64,000 nt of DNA from Acidobacteriota bacterium (GCA_965205505.1 CBDBHB010000009.1:1408001-1472000); one strand, 5' to 3'. Counted from the first letter of the stretch, positions 1 through 9,614 are shown. The notes: generated by a model from the letters alone, not told the origin. Made by a program: numbers and translations.

Positions 1-134
1 CCTCGGCTCATCTCGCGGCTGGCGTGTTCCTCGAGAACTCTCGCGATCTGGGGAGCGTAAGCCTGATCTCGCAGACGCAGTGCCGCCAGCAGCACCAAAT
101 GCTCGAACTCGCCGAGGGCAGCTTTTCTTGCCAC
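1..134 (-). CDS. PadR-family transcriptional regulator, N-terminal part (runs off window; not in ORF track)
   Basis: GTG at 134 after GGAGG reads MARKAALGEFEHLVLLAALRLRDQAYAPQIARVLEEHASREMSR, matching the LGEFE.LVLLA.LRL...AY pattern of acidobacterial PadR. Confidence 0.8.
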   Translation of the reverse strand, partial: MARKAALGEFEHLVLLAALRLRDQAYAPQIARVLEEHASREMSR

Positions 135-152
135 GGGTGTCCTCCGCCACAG

Positions 153-195
153 CGTCGCTTTAAGCGACGATAGGAGACCACGCCGTTTCTGTCAA
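153..195 (-). promoter_or_regulatory. Sigma70-type promoter with overlapping inverted-repeat operator for the PadR gene
   Basis: Minus strand TTGACA(190-195)-17 nt-TATCGT(167-172); 8-1-8 inverted repeat CGTCGCTT-T-AAGCGACG at 153-169. Confidence 0.6.
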
Positions 196-352
196 GGGTG
201 CCCATTGTGGGCCAAGGCATCAATACGGCCGTGTTCTATGTGGTTGCGCTTGGTGGTGTGCTCTGCTCGGGCATCTGACGGCGGGGCACCTCGCGTGTGA
301 TCTAGACGTGCTTCCCGTTGTTACCTTGCGCCGTCGTGCATAGAGTCGGGCA

Positions 353-609
353 ATGGAACCCGGCACCAAACTAGGTCCCTACGAGATCGCCGAGCAGCTC
401 GGTGCTGGCGGCATGGGCGAGGTGTACCTGGCGCAGGACACGCGCCTGGCAAGGTGCTGCCCGCCGAGTTCGCCTCTGATCCCGAGCGCCTGGCCCGCTT
501 CGAGCAGGAAGCCCGCGCTGCCGCTGCCCTGAACCACCCGCACATCGCCATCGTTCACGATATCGGCACCGAAGACGACACCCACTTCATGGTGCAGGAG
601 TACGGATGA
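353..609 (+). pseudogene. Ser/Thr kinase 5' stub (lineage A) with internal deletion
   Basis: [32 protein letters not shown] / [38 protein letters not shown]; near-identical to the gene at 26343; preceded by TTGTTA-17-TAGAGT 6 nt before the ATG. Confidence 0.85.
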
Positions 610-799
610 CCTTGCCGAACTAGTAAGCGCAGTGAAGGATGATCCTCATCCAACGAAGGCCGACGCCTTCGGCCCCCGCGTGGCCGCCTGGATAGCGAGG
701 ATGGTCCAGAAGGCAGCGACAGGAGCCTGGAAGGTGGGGACTTCGGCAGCGTCAAAACTGATAAGCGAAGCGCTGCTCCGCTACTACGATCTGCAGTAG
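605..799 (+). pseudogene. Orphan C-terminal tail resembling AbiTii-domain proteins
   Basis: [64 protein letters not shown]; no start codon; family recalled from the FGP.V..WI..M..KAA.G.W pattern. Confidence 0.5.
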
Positions 800-868
800 T
801 GAAGGCTGTCCAACCCGCGGCGGGCGTCGCCCCGGCCCACATCTATTGAATATTCCCGCGAGAGAAAG

Positions 869-2080
869 ATGAAGATACGGATTCGAACCAAGGCGGCCGG
901 CGTTTTTCTGCTCTCGGGTTCCATGATGCTGTTGCCGGCTTGCACGCAAGTGTCCCCCGACGAACGTCGGGATTCCGGGACCCCGATTCCAGTCTCAGCG
1001 TCGCAGTCCGATGACGCCGAACTGGTATTTTCGAGTTTGGACATCGATCAGACGAATCGTGGCACCGTCAACATCAACGGCTACGACCGTCATTTCTCCG
1101 TCACGTTTCCCACCTCATATGACAATCAGGTAGCGTATCCGGTCGTTCTATTTTTTCATGGTTGTCGGTGTCGTCCGACAGTCGACGACGAAGCCGTTTT
1201 GAGCTATTTGGACTGGTCACCGAGGTTGGAACCGTATAAAGACGATTTCATCGTCGTCAGAATGTCTGCCTTTTCCGAGATGAAACCGGAGGTTCCCCGA
1301 GCGCCTGAGGATGGTGGAGCGCGCGGTATGTGGTTCTGGCATGAAGGCTTCGAGGCAAAACGGGACGATTTCGCGTTCCTTCATACGGTGCTCACAGCGT
1401 TACAGTCGTCCTCTGATATCAACATCGATCCGGAAAACATCTTTGGGGTCGGTCATTCATCCGGGGCGATCTTCTTGCTCTCGTACGTATTGGGTGGCCC
1501 AGTCGATCTGACCGATGCCGGCTTGAATGACACCTATGCGTTCAAAGCCATTTCCACGACGGGAGGCCCAGGGTTTCGACAGGGGATTGTCGATTTCAAG
1601 GAAAACACGCCCAGCACATTGCCCTCTGTCTTCCACATCCAGGGAGAGCGGGATGGAGGGGTATGGTTCAACGGGCAAGAGACGGGGAAACGAGGCATCA
1701 ATTTCTTAGAATTCGCCAATCCTTCCCCACCAACGGTCGTAGACGGATTCCGAGAGACGGTACATGGGCGTACGTACTCTGCCTGGGACGAGAACACCCC
1801 CTCGAATCCAAGCACCCTGCAACGATGGGCCGAGCATCTCGATCTCGAGTATTCGGGGTACGAGGATTATTCCCAATATTACCTCTATAATTTCCAGCCG
1901 GTATCGACTTCGGAGAACGTGCTCCTCGGGATGAGGATCAAGGATTGCCCGCATGTAGTAGCCGCGGATCAATATCAGGCTGATTTCTTCCGCGTCTTCT
2001 CACAGCAAGATGGTGACTTGCAAGCCTTCGACCGCAAGATCTCGCGAGACACCGCTATGAGGTTTTGTGGCCGTCCTTAA
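869..2080 (+). CDS. Alpha/beta-hydrolase esterase (PHB depolymerase/LpqC-like), putative lipoprotein
   Basis: YPVVLFFHG, GHSSG nucleophile elbow, HIQGERD, lipobox-like LPAC; visibly more AT-rich than its neighbours. Confidence 0.7.
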   Translation: MKIRIRTKAAGVFLLSGSMMLLPACTQVSPDERRDSGTPIPVSASQSDDAELVFSSLDIDQTNRGTVNINGYDRHFSVTFPTSYDNQVAYPVVLFFHGCRCRPTVDDEAVLSYLDWSPRLEPYKDDFIVVRMSAFSEMKPEVPRAPEDGGARGMWFWHEGFEAKRDDFAFLHTVLTALQSSSDINIDPENIFGVGHSSGAIFLLSYVLGGPVDLTDAGLNDTYAFKAISTTGGPGFRQGIVDFKENTPSTLPSVFHIQGERDGGVWFNGQETGKRGINFLEFANPSPPTVVDGFRETVHGRTYSAWDENTPSNPSTLQRWAEHLDLEYSGYEDYSQYYLYNFQPVSTSENVLLGMRIKDCPHVVAADQYQADFFRVFSQQDGDLQAFDRKISRDTAMRFCGRP

Positions 2081-2216
2081 ACAAACGGGACAGATCTGAC
2101 TTCCAACACGGGATCTGGGCAAGGCGCGGCAACAAGTTCGCCGACCTTTAACGCGCCGTTAGCCGGACTCGGCGGCCAACTCCTCGACCTCGCGCCAGAC
2201 TCGTAGCAGATCGCCG

Positions 2217-2245
2217 TGGACCCTCGACTGCCCCAGCGATAGGCT
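2217..2245 (+). promoter_or_regulatory. Repeated promoter module, copy 1
   Basis: TGGACC-17 nt-TAGGCT followed by TCAGGCGCTCAC; recurs at 9555, 11175 and 11731. Confidence 0.65.
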
Positions 2246-2278
2246 TCAGGCGCTCACCCACCCCTCTGTGGTAGCGCC

Positions 2279-2362
2279 ATGGAACCCGGCACGCGACTAG
2301 GCCCCTACGAGATCATCGAGCAGCTCGGCGCTGGCGGCATGGCCGAGGTATACCGAGCACGC
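2279..2362 (+). pseudogene. Ser/Thr kinase 5' stub (28 codons)
   Basis: [28 protein letters not shown], continuing in frame into a lipoprotein-like signal. Confidence 0.85.
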
Positions 2363-2448
2363 AGCCACCGCCCTCTCCGGTGCGCAGCTTTGCTGCTCGC
2401 CGTCCTGCTGGCCCCGAGCTGTGCGGGCCGTGACTCCGCCCGTCGCCG

Positions 2449-4818
2449 TTGACCGCAGAGGTTCCCCTACACCTTGAGGAACACCTCGACGTGGCCACCG
2501 TCGTGGGCTCTGAGGTGCCCGCAGATGCTCCGGCCGTTATGGAATGGCCCTTCGACGAGCCCCAGGAGGATTGGAAGCCGGTAGTCCCATTCAACCCGAC
2601 GATCGATCCGGTCGAGGTCACGCAGTTCGACGACGCGCTGCGAGTCACGTATACGGACGGTACGAGGAATCCGAACGGCTTGCCGAACGGTGGCCTCGTT
2701 CTCGAGGCGCCCGATTGGAACTACGAGGATCTGGGGAACCTCGTGGTGCGTGCTCGCACCTCCGATGATGTCAGGAACTTCTGGCTCTTCTTCAATCGAC
2801 GCGAGGGGACCGATACAGATACAGACCTCCCCAATCCATTCGAGCATGAAGGCGAGACGGTCCCCGTTGTAAGCGACGGTACGGTCCAGACCTACCGGGC
2901 ACGGCTCGATTTCTTTCGGAGGGGTCCGCCACCGGAGGGACGGATTCGGCAGATCGCCCTGTGGTTCGCGCCCGACGATCTGGCCAGCATCGACATCCTT
3001 TCCATCACGCTGATTCCGAAGGTAGCCACCTATGCGGAGGCGGGCGCGGCCTCGCGCACGGAAATCCGCAACCGGATTCATCGACAGGCTCTGTATACGC
3101 ACACGCCGGGGCGCGTGGAGTATCGGGTGAAGATCCCGGAGGCCGGCCGGCTCGACTTCGCCATGGGTGTCCTGCGCGAAGACGTGCCCGTGACCTTTCG
3201 GGTTACGGCGATCCGTGATGGTGCCGAGGGTGGTGAACCGACCGCGGTGTTCGAGGAGCACTATGCGGACAAGGAGGCCTGGAGCCAACGTTCGGTGGAT
3301 CTGGCCGACTTTGCGGGCCAGACCGTGACGCTTGGCCTCGAGGCCGAATCCGAGGACGGTGGCCGGGTCGCTTTGTGGGGAGCGCCGACCGTAACGGGCG
3401 GCGACCAGTCGGTTCTTCGCAACGTCGTCTTCTACGTCTTCGACGGCGGTGCGGCGGACTACATGAGTGTTTACGGCTACAACCGTCGCACGACCCCGAC
3501 CCTGGAGCGGCTGGCCGAGGAGGGCGTCGTGTTCGAGCGAGCCTACAGCAATTCTTCCTGGACCGTGCCCTCGACGGCCTCCTTCATGACTTCCCTACAT
3601 ACCAGTGTGACGGGCGGCTCGCACCGTGCCGGCAACGTCAACCCTCTGCCTGCCGAGGCCGTGACGATGGCCGAGCACATGCACCGGGCCGGCTACCAGA
3701 CCGCGGTGTTCACGGGGAACCCCGGCGCCGGGACTTTGAGCGATCTCCAGCGGGGCGTCGATCTGTTTCGGGAAGACTGGGAGGACTTCTCCTACGGTGG
3801 GAATAATCACAAGGAGTCCTCGAAGTACCTCCATGAGGGATTCTGGAGCTGGCGGGAAGACTATCCCAGGCAGCCGTTCTGGGCGCACTTCCAGACTACT
3901 GACACGCACGAGGACTTTCCGGCTCCGCCACCCTTTGGCGGGCTCTTTGTCACTGCGGATGAGCGGGAGAGCATGAATGAGTCGTTTGATCGCCTAGGTC
4001 GTGGCGGGCACCGTCCCTATTCTCCCGCCTGGGATTCTACGGGGATCAGCCAGACGGCGCTCTACTCTGTGGGGAAGGGCCTGTACGACGAAGCGATGGC
4101 CCACAACGACTATCGGCTCGGGCAGCTCATCGACCGGCTGAAGGTTGAAGGGGAGTGGGACAATACGCTGTTGATCATCGGGGGCGATCACAGTATCCGG
4201 GCGGCTTACGCTGACATGGGACTCGTGCTCAGCGACCCGCTGCCTCCGCCATGGAGCCAGCCGATACTCCGGCCTAAGATCTCCAGGGTGCCCCTCATGT
4301 TCGTATGGCCGAGCCACATCGAGGGGGGACAGCGGATAGCCCCTCCCGTATCGATGATCGACGTGCTCCCCACCCTGCTCGACCTGGTGGGGCTGCCCCC
4401 TGCCGAGATCGCACAAGGGCAGTCGCTGGCTCCTCTGATGTTGGGTCGAGAGGGATGGGAGCCGCGACCGGTGATCCTCGACGAGTTCTACGCCGATTCC
4501 ACGACCGGCGAGCTGGAGGGCGTCATCGAGGTGGTGGACGGTCGCTGGGGCGCTTCGTTGGAGATCAACGACCCGGATGCGCGGCCGCGGTTCGGCCCCC
4601 GTCCCGTCCCACTGCTGCTCTACGACCTCTGGAACGATCCGATGGCTCTGTGGAGCCTGCACGAGGAACGGCCGGACCTCGTCCAAAAGTACACAGCCTT
4701 CTTGGAGGAGCAGTTCGAGGCCCACGTGGCCCTGTCGCAGTACTTCACGCCAGGCGAGGATTCGCCACTGACCCCGGAGCAGCTACGGTCTCTTCGGGCA
4801 CTTGGCTACATACGGTGA
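2449..4818 (+). CDS. Sulfatase/alkaline-phosphatase superfamily protein with N-terminal accessory domains; signal peptide one frame off at about 2440
   Basis: NVVFYVFD, YGY.R.TTP, SSWTVPSTASFMTS, GDH, RVPLMF, C-terminal LRALGYI. Confidence 0.85.
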   Translation: MTAEVPLHLEEHLDVATVVGSEVPADAPAVMEWPFDEPQEDWKPVVPFNPTIDPVEVTQFDDALRVTYTDGTRNPNGLPNGGLVLEAPDWNYEDLGNLVVRARTSDDVRNFWLFFNRREGTDTDTDLPNPFEHEGETVPVVSDGTVQTYRARLDFFRRGPPPEGRIRQIALWFAPDDLASIDILSITLIPKVATYAEAGAASRTEIRNRIHRQALYTHTPGRVEYRVKIPEAGRLDFAMGVLREDVPVTFRVTAIRDGAEGGEPTAVFEEHYADKEAWSQRSVDLADFAGQTVTLGLEAESEDGGRVALWGAPTVTGGDQSVLRNVVFYVFDGGAADYMSVYGYNRRTTPTLERLAEEGVVFERAYSNSSWTVPSTASFMTSLHTSVTGGSHRAGNVNPLPAEAVTMAEHMHRAGYQTAVFTGNPGAGTLSDLQRGVDLFREDWEDFSYGGNNHKESSKYLHEGFWSWREDYPRQPFWAHFQTTDTHEDFPAPPPFGGLFVTADERESMNESFDRLGRGGHRPYSPAWDSTGISQTALYSVGKGLYDEAMAHNDYRLGQLIDRLKVEGEWDNTLLIIGGDHSIRAAYADMGLVLSDPLPPPWSQPILRPKISRVPLMFVWPSHIEGGQRIAPPVSMIDVLPTLLDLVGLPPAEIAQGQSLAPLMLGREGWEPRPVILDEFYADSTTGELEGVIEVVDGRWGASLEINDPDARPRFGPRPVPLLLYDLWNDPMALWSLHEERPDLVQKYTAFLEEQFEAHVALSQYFTPGEDSPLTPEQLRSLRALGYIR

Positions 4819-4828
4819 GTTGAGGAGA

Positions 4829-4914
4829 ATGATCGGTACCTCCCGCGGTCCCTACGAGATCACCGAGCAGCTCGGCGCGGCAGCATGGGCGAGGTTTACC
4901 GAGCACGCGACACC
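4829..4914 (+). pseudogene. Ser/Thr kinase 5' stub, frameshifted
   Basis: GAGGAG RBS, then MIGTSRGPYEITEQLGA / [10 protein letters not shown]. Confidence 0.8.
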
Positions 4915-5063
4915 GTCGGCGGATTCCTGTCCGACGTGCCGTGGCGCGCAGACCAGCTGGGCATTAGGCTCTGGACCGGTAGAGCTTGGACAGGAGAGAA
5001 ACCGGTCGGGACTCGAGAACCGACGTTTCGTGTAGCTACGGCGTCAGAGAGTCGGGAGGAGCT

Positions 5064-6989
5064 ATGTCCAGCAGCGATGATCGTGATCTCGGGATGCACC
5101 GGGAGATTACTCGTCGCGACTTCGTCTCCGGTGTCAGCGTTGCGCTGAGCGGCAGCCTCACGTTCCCATGGGCGCAGACGAACGCCTTGGCGAGCCCTGC
5201 GGGTCCGGGAGGAGTCTCACAGGCCCTCGCCGACACGTATCCACCCATCCGCACCGGTATGCGCGGCAGCCACGACGGCTCCTACGAGGTTGCCCATCAG
5301 CTTGTCGAAGGCGTGCGCTGGGACAACGCGGAGGAGACGGGTGAGCTCTACGATCTGGTCGTGGTTGGCGGTGGCCTCAGTGGCCTCGCGGCGGCGTGGT
5401 TCTACCAAGAGGCTGTTTCCGGCGCCCGCATCCTGATTCTCGACAACCACGACGACTTCGGCGGTCATGCCAAGCGCAACGAGTTCCGGCTCGACGGTCG
5501 GATGTTCCTGTCAAATGGCGGCACGGTCTTTATCTCCAACCTGAACGAGTACGGTGAAGGAGCCCAGCGCCTGATCCGCGGGATTGGCATCGACGTAAGC
5601 CGTTACTCCGAATTCGTCGATAGCGACCTGTACAGCTCGCTCGGCCTGCGCAGGTCGGTTTTCTTCGACCGCGAGACGTTCGGCACCGATCGGCTGCTGG
5701 TAGGCGAAGGCAGGCCCTCTTGGCGCGAGTTCCTGGCGCGCGCGCCCCTGTCCGAAACGGCACGTGATGACCTTGTAAGACTCCACGAGCCGAACATCGA
5801 TTACCTGGCGCACCTCAGCTTGGAGGAGAAGGTCGAGTTTCTTCGTAACACGAGCTACGAAGACTTTCTCTTGAAGGTGTCCCAGGTAGGTCGCGAGGCA
5901 ATCTCCTTCCTCGAGACCTCCGGCGGTTGGACCATCGGCCTCGATGGCGTCCCCGCCTGGCTCGGCGCCGGCCGCTGGCCTGGGACCACCGGGCTGGGGC
6001 TCGGCGACGACGATGATGATGCCGATGATACCGGCGAGGAGCGTGCTTTCTTCCAGTTTCCGGATGGCAACGCGTCGATCGCGCGTCTGATCGTCCGGTC
6101 GCTGATCCCAGAGGTCGCTCCCGGCAGCACGATGGAGGACATCGTCGACGCTCAGTTCGACTATGGCAAGCTCGATCGGGAGGGCTCGGCTGTCCGCGTG
6201 CGGCTGGAGAGCACAGCGGTGCGGGTAGCTCACCGTGGCGATCGGCGAACCGCCAAGGAGGTCGAGGTCACCTACGTCCGCGACGGCCACGCCCGGCGCG
6301 TGCGCGCCGGTCGTTGCGTGCTCGCCTGTTACAACGCCGTGATCCCTTTGATTTGCGAGGAACTGCCGGATATTCAAAAACAGGCGCTATCGAACGCACT
6401 CAAGTCGCCACTTGTCTACACCAACGTCCTGATCCGCAACTGGACCGCCTTCGCCAGGCTCGGTGTGAGCAGGGTGCGCTGCCCGGGGAGTTATTTCGAG
6501 AACGTGAATGTGCCGCCACCCATCAGCATCGGCAACTACCGACACGCTGGTACGCCCGAGGAGCCCATCGTCGTGCGCATGTGGCGCGTTCCCCTCGTAC
6601 CGGAGGCCCGCGGGCGGTCCGTGGCTGAGCAGTGGAAGGCAGCCCGCCATGGTCTGTTGGCGACGACGTTCGCGACCTTCGAGCGCAAGATCAGGGACCA
6701 GCTCGGCCGGATACTGTCGCCCGGAGGCTTCGACCCGGCGCGCGACATCGCGGCGATAACCGTGAATCGCTGGCCGCACGGCTATGCCAAAGGCCTCGAT
6801 CCGAAGACGGGTCAGATCGCGTGGAGGCCCGATGAGGTGCCGCCCGAGCGTGCCCCGTGGGTCACCGCCCGGCATCCTCGTGGCCGGATCGCCATCGCCA
6901 ACTCCGACACCGGCGCACGGGCCATGACCGAGATCGCCATCGATCAGGCTCACCGCGCCGTGAGTGAGCTCTTGTCGGCGAAGACCTAG
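5064..6989 (+). CDS. Spermidine dehydrogenase-like FAD oxidoreductase, Tat signal
   Basis: GGAGGA RBS; TRRDFV; GMRGSH; DLVVVGGGLSG; DNHDDFGGHAKRNEF; FPDGNAS; NRWPHGYA. Confidence 0.85.
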   Translation: MSSSDDRDLGMHREITRRDFVSGVSVALSGSLTFPWAQTNALASPAGPGGVSQALADTYPPIRTGMRGSHDGSYEVAHQLVEGVRWDNAEETGELYDLVVVGGGLSGLAAAWFYQEAVSGARILILDNHDDFGGHAKRNEFRLDGRMFLSNGGTVFISNLNEYGEGAQRLIRGIGIDVSRYSEFVDSDLYSSLGLRRSVFFDRETFGTDRLLVGEGRPSWREFLARAPLSETARDDLVRLHEPNIDYLAHLSLEEKVEFLRNTSYEDFLLKVSQVGREAISFLETSGGWTIGLDGVPAWLGAGRWPGTTGLGLGDDDDDADDTGEERAFFQFPDGNASIARLIVRSLIPEVAPGSTMEDIVDAQFDYGKLDREGSAVRVRLESTAVRVAHRGDRRTAKEVEVTYVRDGHARRVRAGRCVLACYNAVIPLICEELPDIQKQALSNALKSPLVYTNVLIRNWTAFARLGVSRVRCPGSYFENVNVPPPISIGNYRHAGTPEEPIVVRMWRVPLVPEARGRSVAEQWKAARHGLLATTFATFERKIRDQLGRILSPGGFDPARDIAAITVNRWPHGYAKGLDPKTGQIAWRPDEVPPERAPWVTARHPRGRIAIANSDTGARAMTEIAIDQAHRAVSELLSAKT

Positions 6990-7033
6990 CAGGCGAGTTC
7001 GGCGACTCGCGACGCACGAGGGGTTGAACATAG

Positions 7034-7183
7034 GCGTCTCCAAAACGTCTCCACGACCGGGGTTCACACCAGTAGACGCCAGTCGACTGGAGTCGACTAC
7101 TTGAGCCACCGTTAACGGTTACCTGCCAACGAGAAACGGCGAAAGCCGTGCGCCATCAACCACTTAGCAGAATCCGCTAGATC
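7034..7183 (+). repeat. 150-bp direct repeat, copy 1
   Basis: Aligns ungapped to 9176-9325 with 4 mismatches. Confidence 0.95.
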
Positions 7184-9080
7184 ACGGCCTCGTGGCGGAA
7201 CGCCAGGTGTCCTCGTTGAGCACCTCGTCGATGACGCTCTCCAGGTAGCTCCAGTACTCGTCGATGTAGCTGTGGCCTCTTGGTCCGGTCAGCAGCCACG
7301 GGTTCATCAGGGTATGGCGGAGAATGAAGATGTGATCGGCCTCGCGCTCGTCGTCCTCCGGCACGCGCACGAAGGAGACGGGATCGATGCCCAGCTCTTC
7401 GAGAATACGGTGGGCCTGCGCGCCCGGCAGGCTCTTCTTCTTGAGCGAGGTGTATGAGCCGATGAATGTCTTGACCTGCAGCGGTTGCTCGGTGTCCACG
7501 CGCATACGCCGGAACACCTGGCGCCCGAACCGATTCATGACGGCGAGGCATCGGTTGCCGCTGGGGTTCATGGCCAGGCACGCCAGATTGCTGTCGGGCT
7601 CGAAGGGCACCGGCAACACCTTGTGGGTGACGTATACCGATGCAGCGGCGGCGCCCGCCTTGGAGCCCTCGAGGATGTACTGTCCCAGATTGTGGAGCTG
7701 GTCGCGCCGCGATGCCTCGCCCTCGCTGCCGCCCGAGTCGAACACATAGGCGGGGGCTTCGCTGACGAAGTCGACAACCTCACGGTTGCGAGCGATGAAC
7801 GCACCCGCGGCGTAGGGAACGTAGCCCAGCTTGTGGGGATCGACGGTGATCGAGTCGGCTTGCGGGAGCACTTTGAAAGCCCGATAAATGCGCTCCGACG
7901 GGAAGTAGCGGAACGACTTCCGCAGCTCCTCGCGGTCAGCGAACGAGCCGTCGGGACGCCGGAACACGGAGGTGAGGTAGCCACCCCAGGCGGCATCGAC
8001 GTGAACGCCGAAATCCAGTCCCCGTTGCCGCCAGCTGTCGCGCGCGGCAATGACCTCGTGAATCGGATCGAAGGTGCCGAACTCCGTGCTGCCGAGGATG
8101 CCCACCACGGCCAGTACCGGCGTGTGGCTCTCGAACGCCTCGTCGAGACAGCGGCGAAGGTCGGGGGCATCCATGCGCATATGGCTCTCGACCTGGATCT
8201 TGCAGAGGTTCGAGGTTCCGAGCCCCAAGACCTTCATGGCCTTGTCCCATGAGTAGTGGCCCGACGCGGACACCATCACCTTCGGAGGACTGACGTCCGG
8301 ATGTTGCAGGAAGAAGCCGGCCGTCCCGAGTGCCTCGAGCCGTTGGCCGCGTACCGAGTGGACGAAGTCATGGAGGTCGCGCCGGTTCATGAGGGTGCGG
8401 GCCTGCCGACCAACCGTACGCCGCAACTCGATGGTGGAATCCACCGACAGATTGAGCAGCTCCCAGTCCGAGTAGGCGCTCAGGCTCTTGTGGGCCGGGC
8501 CCACTCCGTCTGGATCGAAGCCGCACACTGCCGCGCCAGCCTGCAGCGCGATGCCGTAGAACTTGACCGAGCGCAGGTTCCAGAGCGCCTCGTAGTTGGC
8601 CACGGTGCCGCCGCTCGTGAGGTGTCCCCAGGCACACGGCTCGCGGTTCTCATCGACGCGATACCCGATCATCCTCGCCAGCTGCTCGCCGACCTCCAGC
8701 TCCATGTCGAGCGTTACCGGAGCTGTTTCCTCCGCCACGTTGTTGGGGTTGTAGAGCGTCGTCACGATGCGTGCCACGAGGCCCGCGATCAGGAGGTCGG
8801 AGCTCATATGGCCGACGTAGCGGGGGTGGAAGGACGGCAACGCCTGCTTGAGCTCGGCGCTCAGCGCATACAGCTCTGTGCGGAGTCGAGCCTGGAACTC
8901 CACGTAGTCAGGCCGCGTTCGGGCAGACGAGGCGATGCGCTGACCATCCTCCGGATGGAAGTTCCGGCGCCAGTAGACGTGGTCGCGTAGGAACTCCACG
9001 ATCAGCTCTTCGAGCAGCTCGGCGTTCTCCGCCGCCGGCCCGAGAAAGAACGGGTCCAGGAAATCGAGATCTTCGTTCAT
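7182..9080 (-). CDS. Group II PLP-dependent decarboxylase (tyrosine/glutamate decarboxylase-like)
   Basis: PRYVGHM, YNPNN, TSGGTVAN, HVDAAWGG, SITVDPHK (PLP lysine), ILEGSK; may lack a short segment after THKVLP. Confidence 0.9.
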   Translation of the reverse strand: MNEDLDFLDPFFLGPAAENAELLEELIVEFLRDHVYWRRNFHPEDGQRIASSARTRPDYVEFQARLRTELYALSAELKQALPSFHPRYVGHMSSDLLIAGLVARIVTTLYNPNNVAEETAPVTLDMELEVGEQLARMIGYRVDENREPCAWGHLTSGGTVANYEALWNLRSVKFYGIALQAGAAVCGFDPDGVGPAHKSLSAYSDWELLNLSVDSTIELRRTVGRQARTLMNRRDLHDFVHSVRGQRLEALGTAGFFLQHPDVSPPKVMVSASGHYSWDKAMKVLGLGTSNLCKIQVESHMRMDAPDLRRCLDEAFESHTPVLAVVGILGSTEFGTFDPIHEVIAARDSWRQRGLDFGVHVDAAWGGYLTSVFRRPDGSFADREELRKSFRYFPSERIYRAFKVLPQADSITVDPHKLGYVPYAAGAFIARNREVVDFVSEAPAYVFDSGGSEGEASRRDQLHNLGQYILEGSKAGAAAASVYVTHKVLPVPFEPDSNLACLAMNPSGNRCLAVMNRFGRQVFRRMRVDTEQPLQVKTFIGSYTSLKKKSLPGAQAHRILEELGIDPVSFVRVPEDDEREADHIFILRHTLMNPWLLTGPRGHSYIDEYWSYLESVIDEVLNEDTWRSATRP

Positions 9081-9175
9081 GCTCGCAGGGTTTCGCGGCG
9101 GCGGTCGGATGCCGACACGACGTGATCAGCGCCAGTCTATGCGGGCCTGGCAATGTGCGCGCCCTTGCCGTCGTC

Positions 9176-9325
9176 GCGTCTCCAAAACGTCTCCACGACT
9201 GGGGTTCACTCCAGTAGACGCCAGTCGACTGGAGTCGACTACTTGAGCCACCGTTAACGGTTACCTGCCAACGAGAAACGGCGAAAGCCGCGCGCCATCA
9301 ACCACTTAGCAGAATCCGCTGGATC
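9176..9325 (+). repeat. 150-bp direct repeat, copy 2
   Basis: Copy of 7034-7183. Confidence 0.95.
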
Positions 9326-9349
9326 GGGTTCGAGTCCCTCCCTCGGTAC
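9326..9349 (+). mobile_element. tRNA 3'-end remnant (possibly Leu), att-site-like
   Basis: GGGTTCGAGTCCC T-arm plus TCCCTCGGTAC acceptor strand with no 5' half; followed by TGTCCCT-N4-TGTCCCT at 9410-9427. Confidence 0.6.
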
Positions 9350-9554
9350 TTGAAAACAAAGGACTTACGCGGCGGCGCGGGTGCGAGTTGTTGTCTCATA
9401 CGGGCTGATTGTCCCTATTCTGTCCCTGTCGCGGGCCTCGGGCCTTCCACGGGGTGCGTGCATAGCGAAGCGCCCTCGCGATAGGTGGCCTCGGGATTCC
9501 CGTGGTATCGGGGCGTTCCGGCACGCGAAGCTGGGGACACGACGGCACCCTCCG

Positions 9555-9583
9555 TGGACCCCTGCGAGCCCCAGCGATAGGCT
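9555..9583 (+). promoter_or_regulatory. Repeated promoter module, copy 2
   Basis: TGGACC-17 nt-TAGGCT-TCAGGCGCTCAC. Confidence 0.65.
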
Positions 9584-9614
9584 TCAGGCGCTCACTCCCC
9601 CCTCTGGTACCGCC

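Noticed and set aside
9270-9350. Complete tRNA gene
   Set aside because: Only the T-arm and 3' acceptor strand are present; upstream sequence is the 150-bp repeat and gives no D or anticodon arm.
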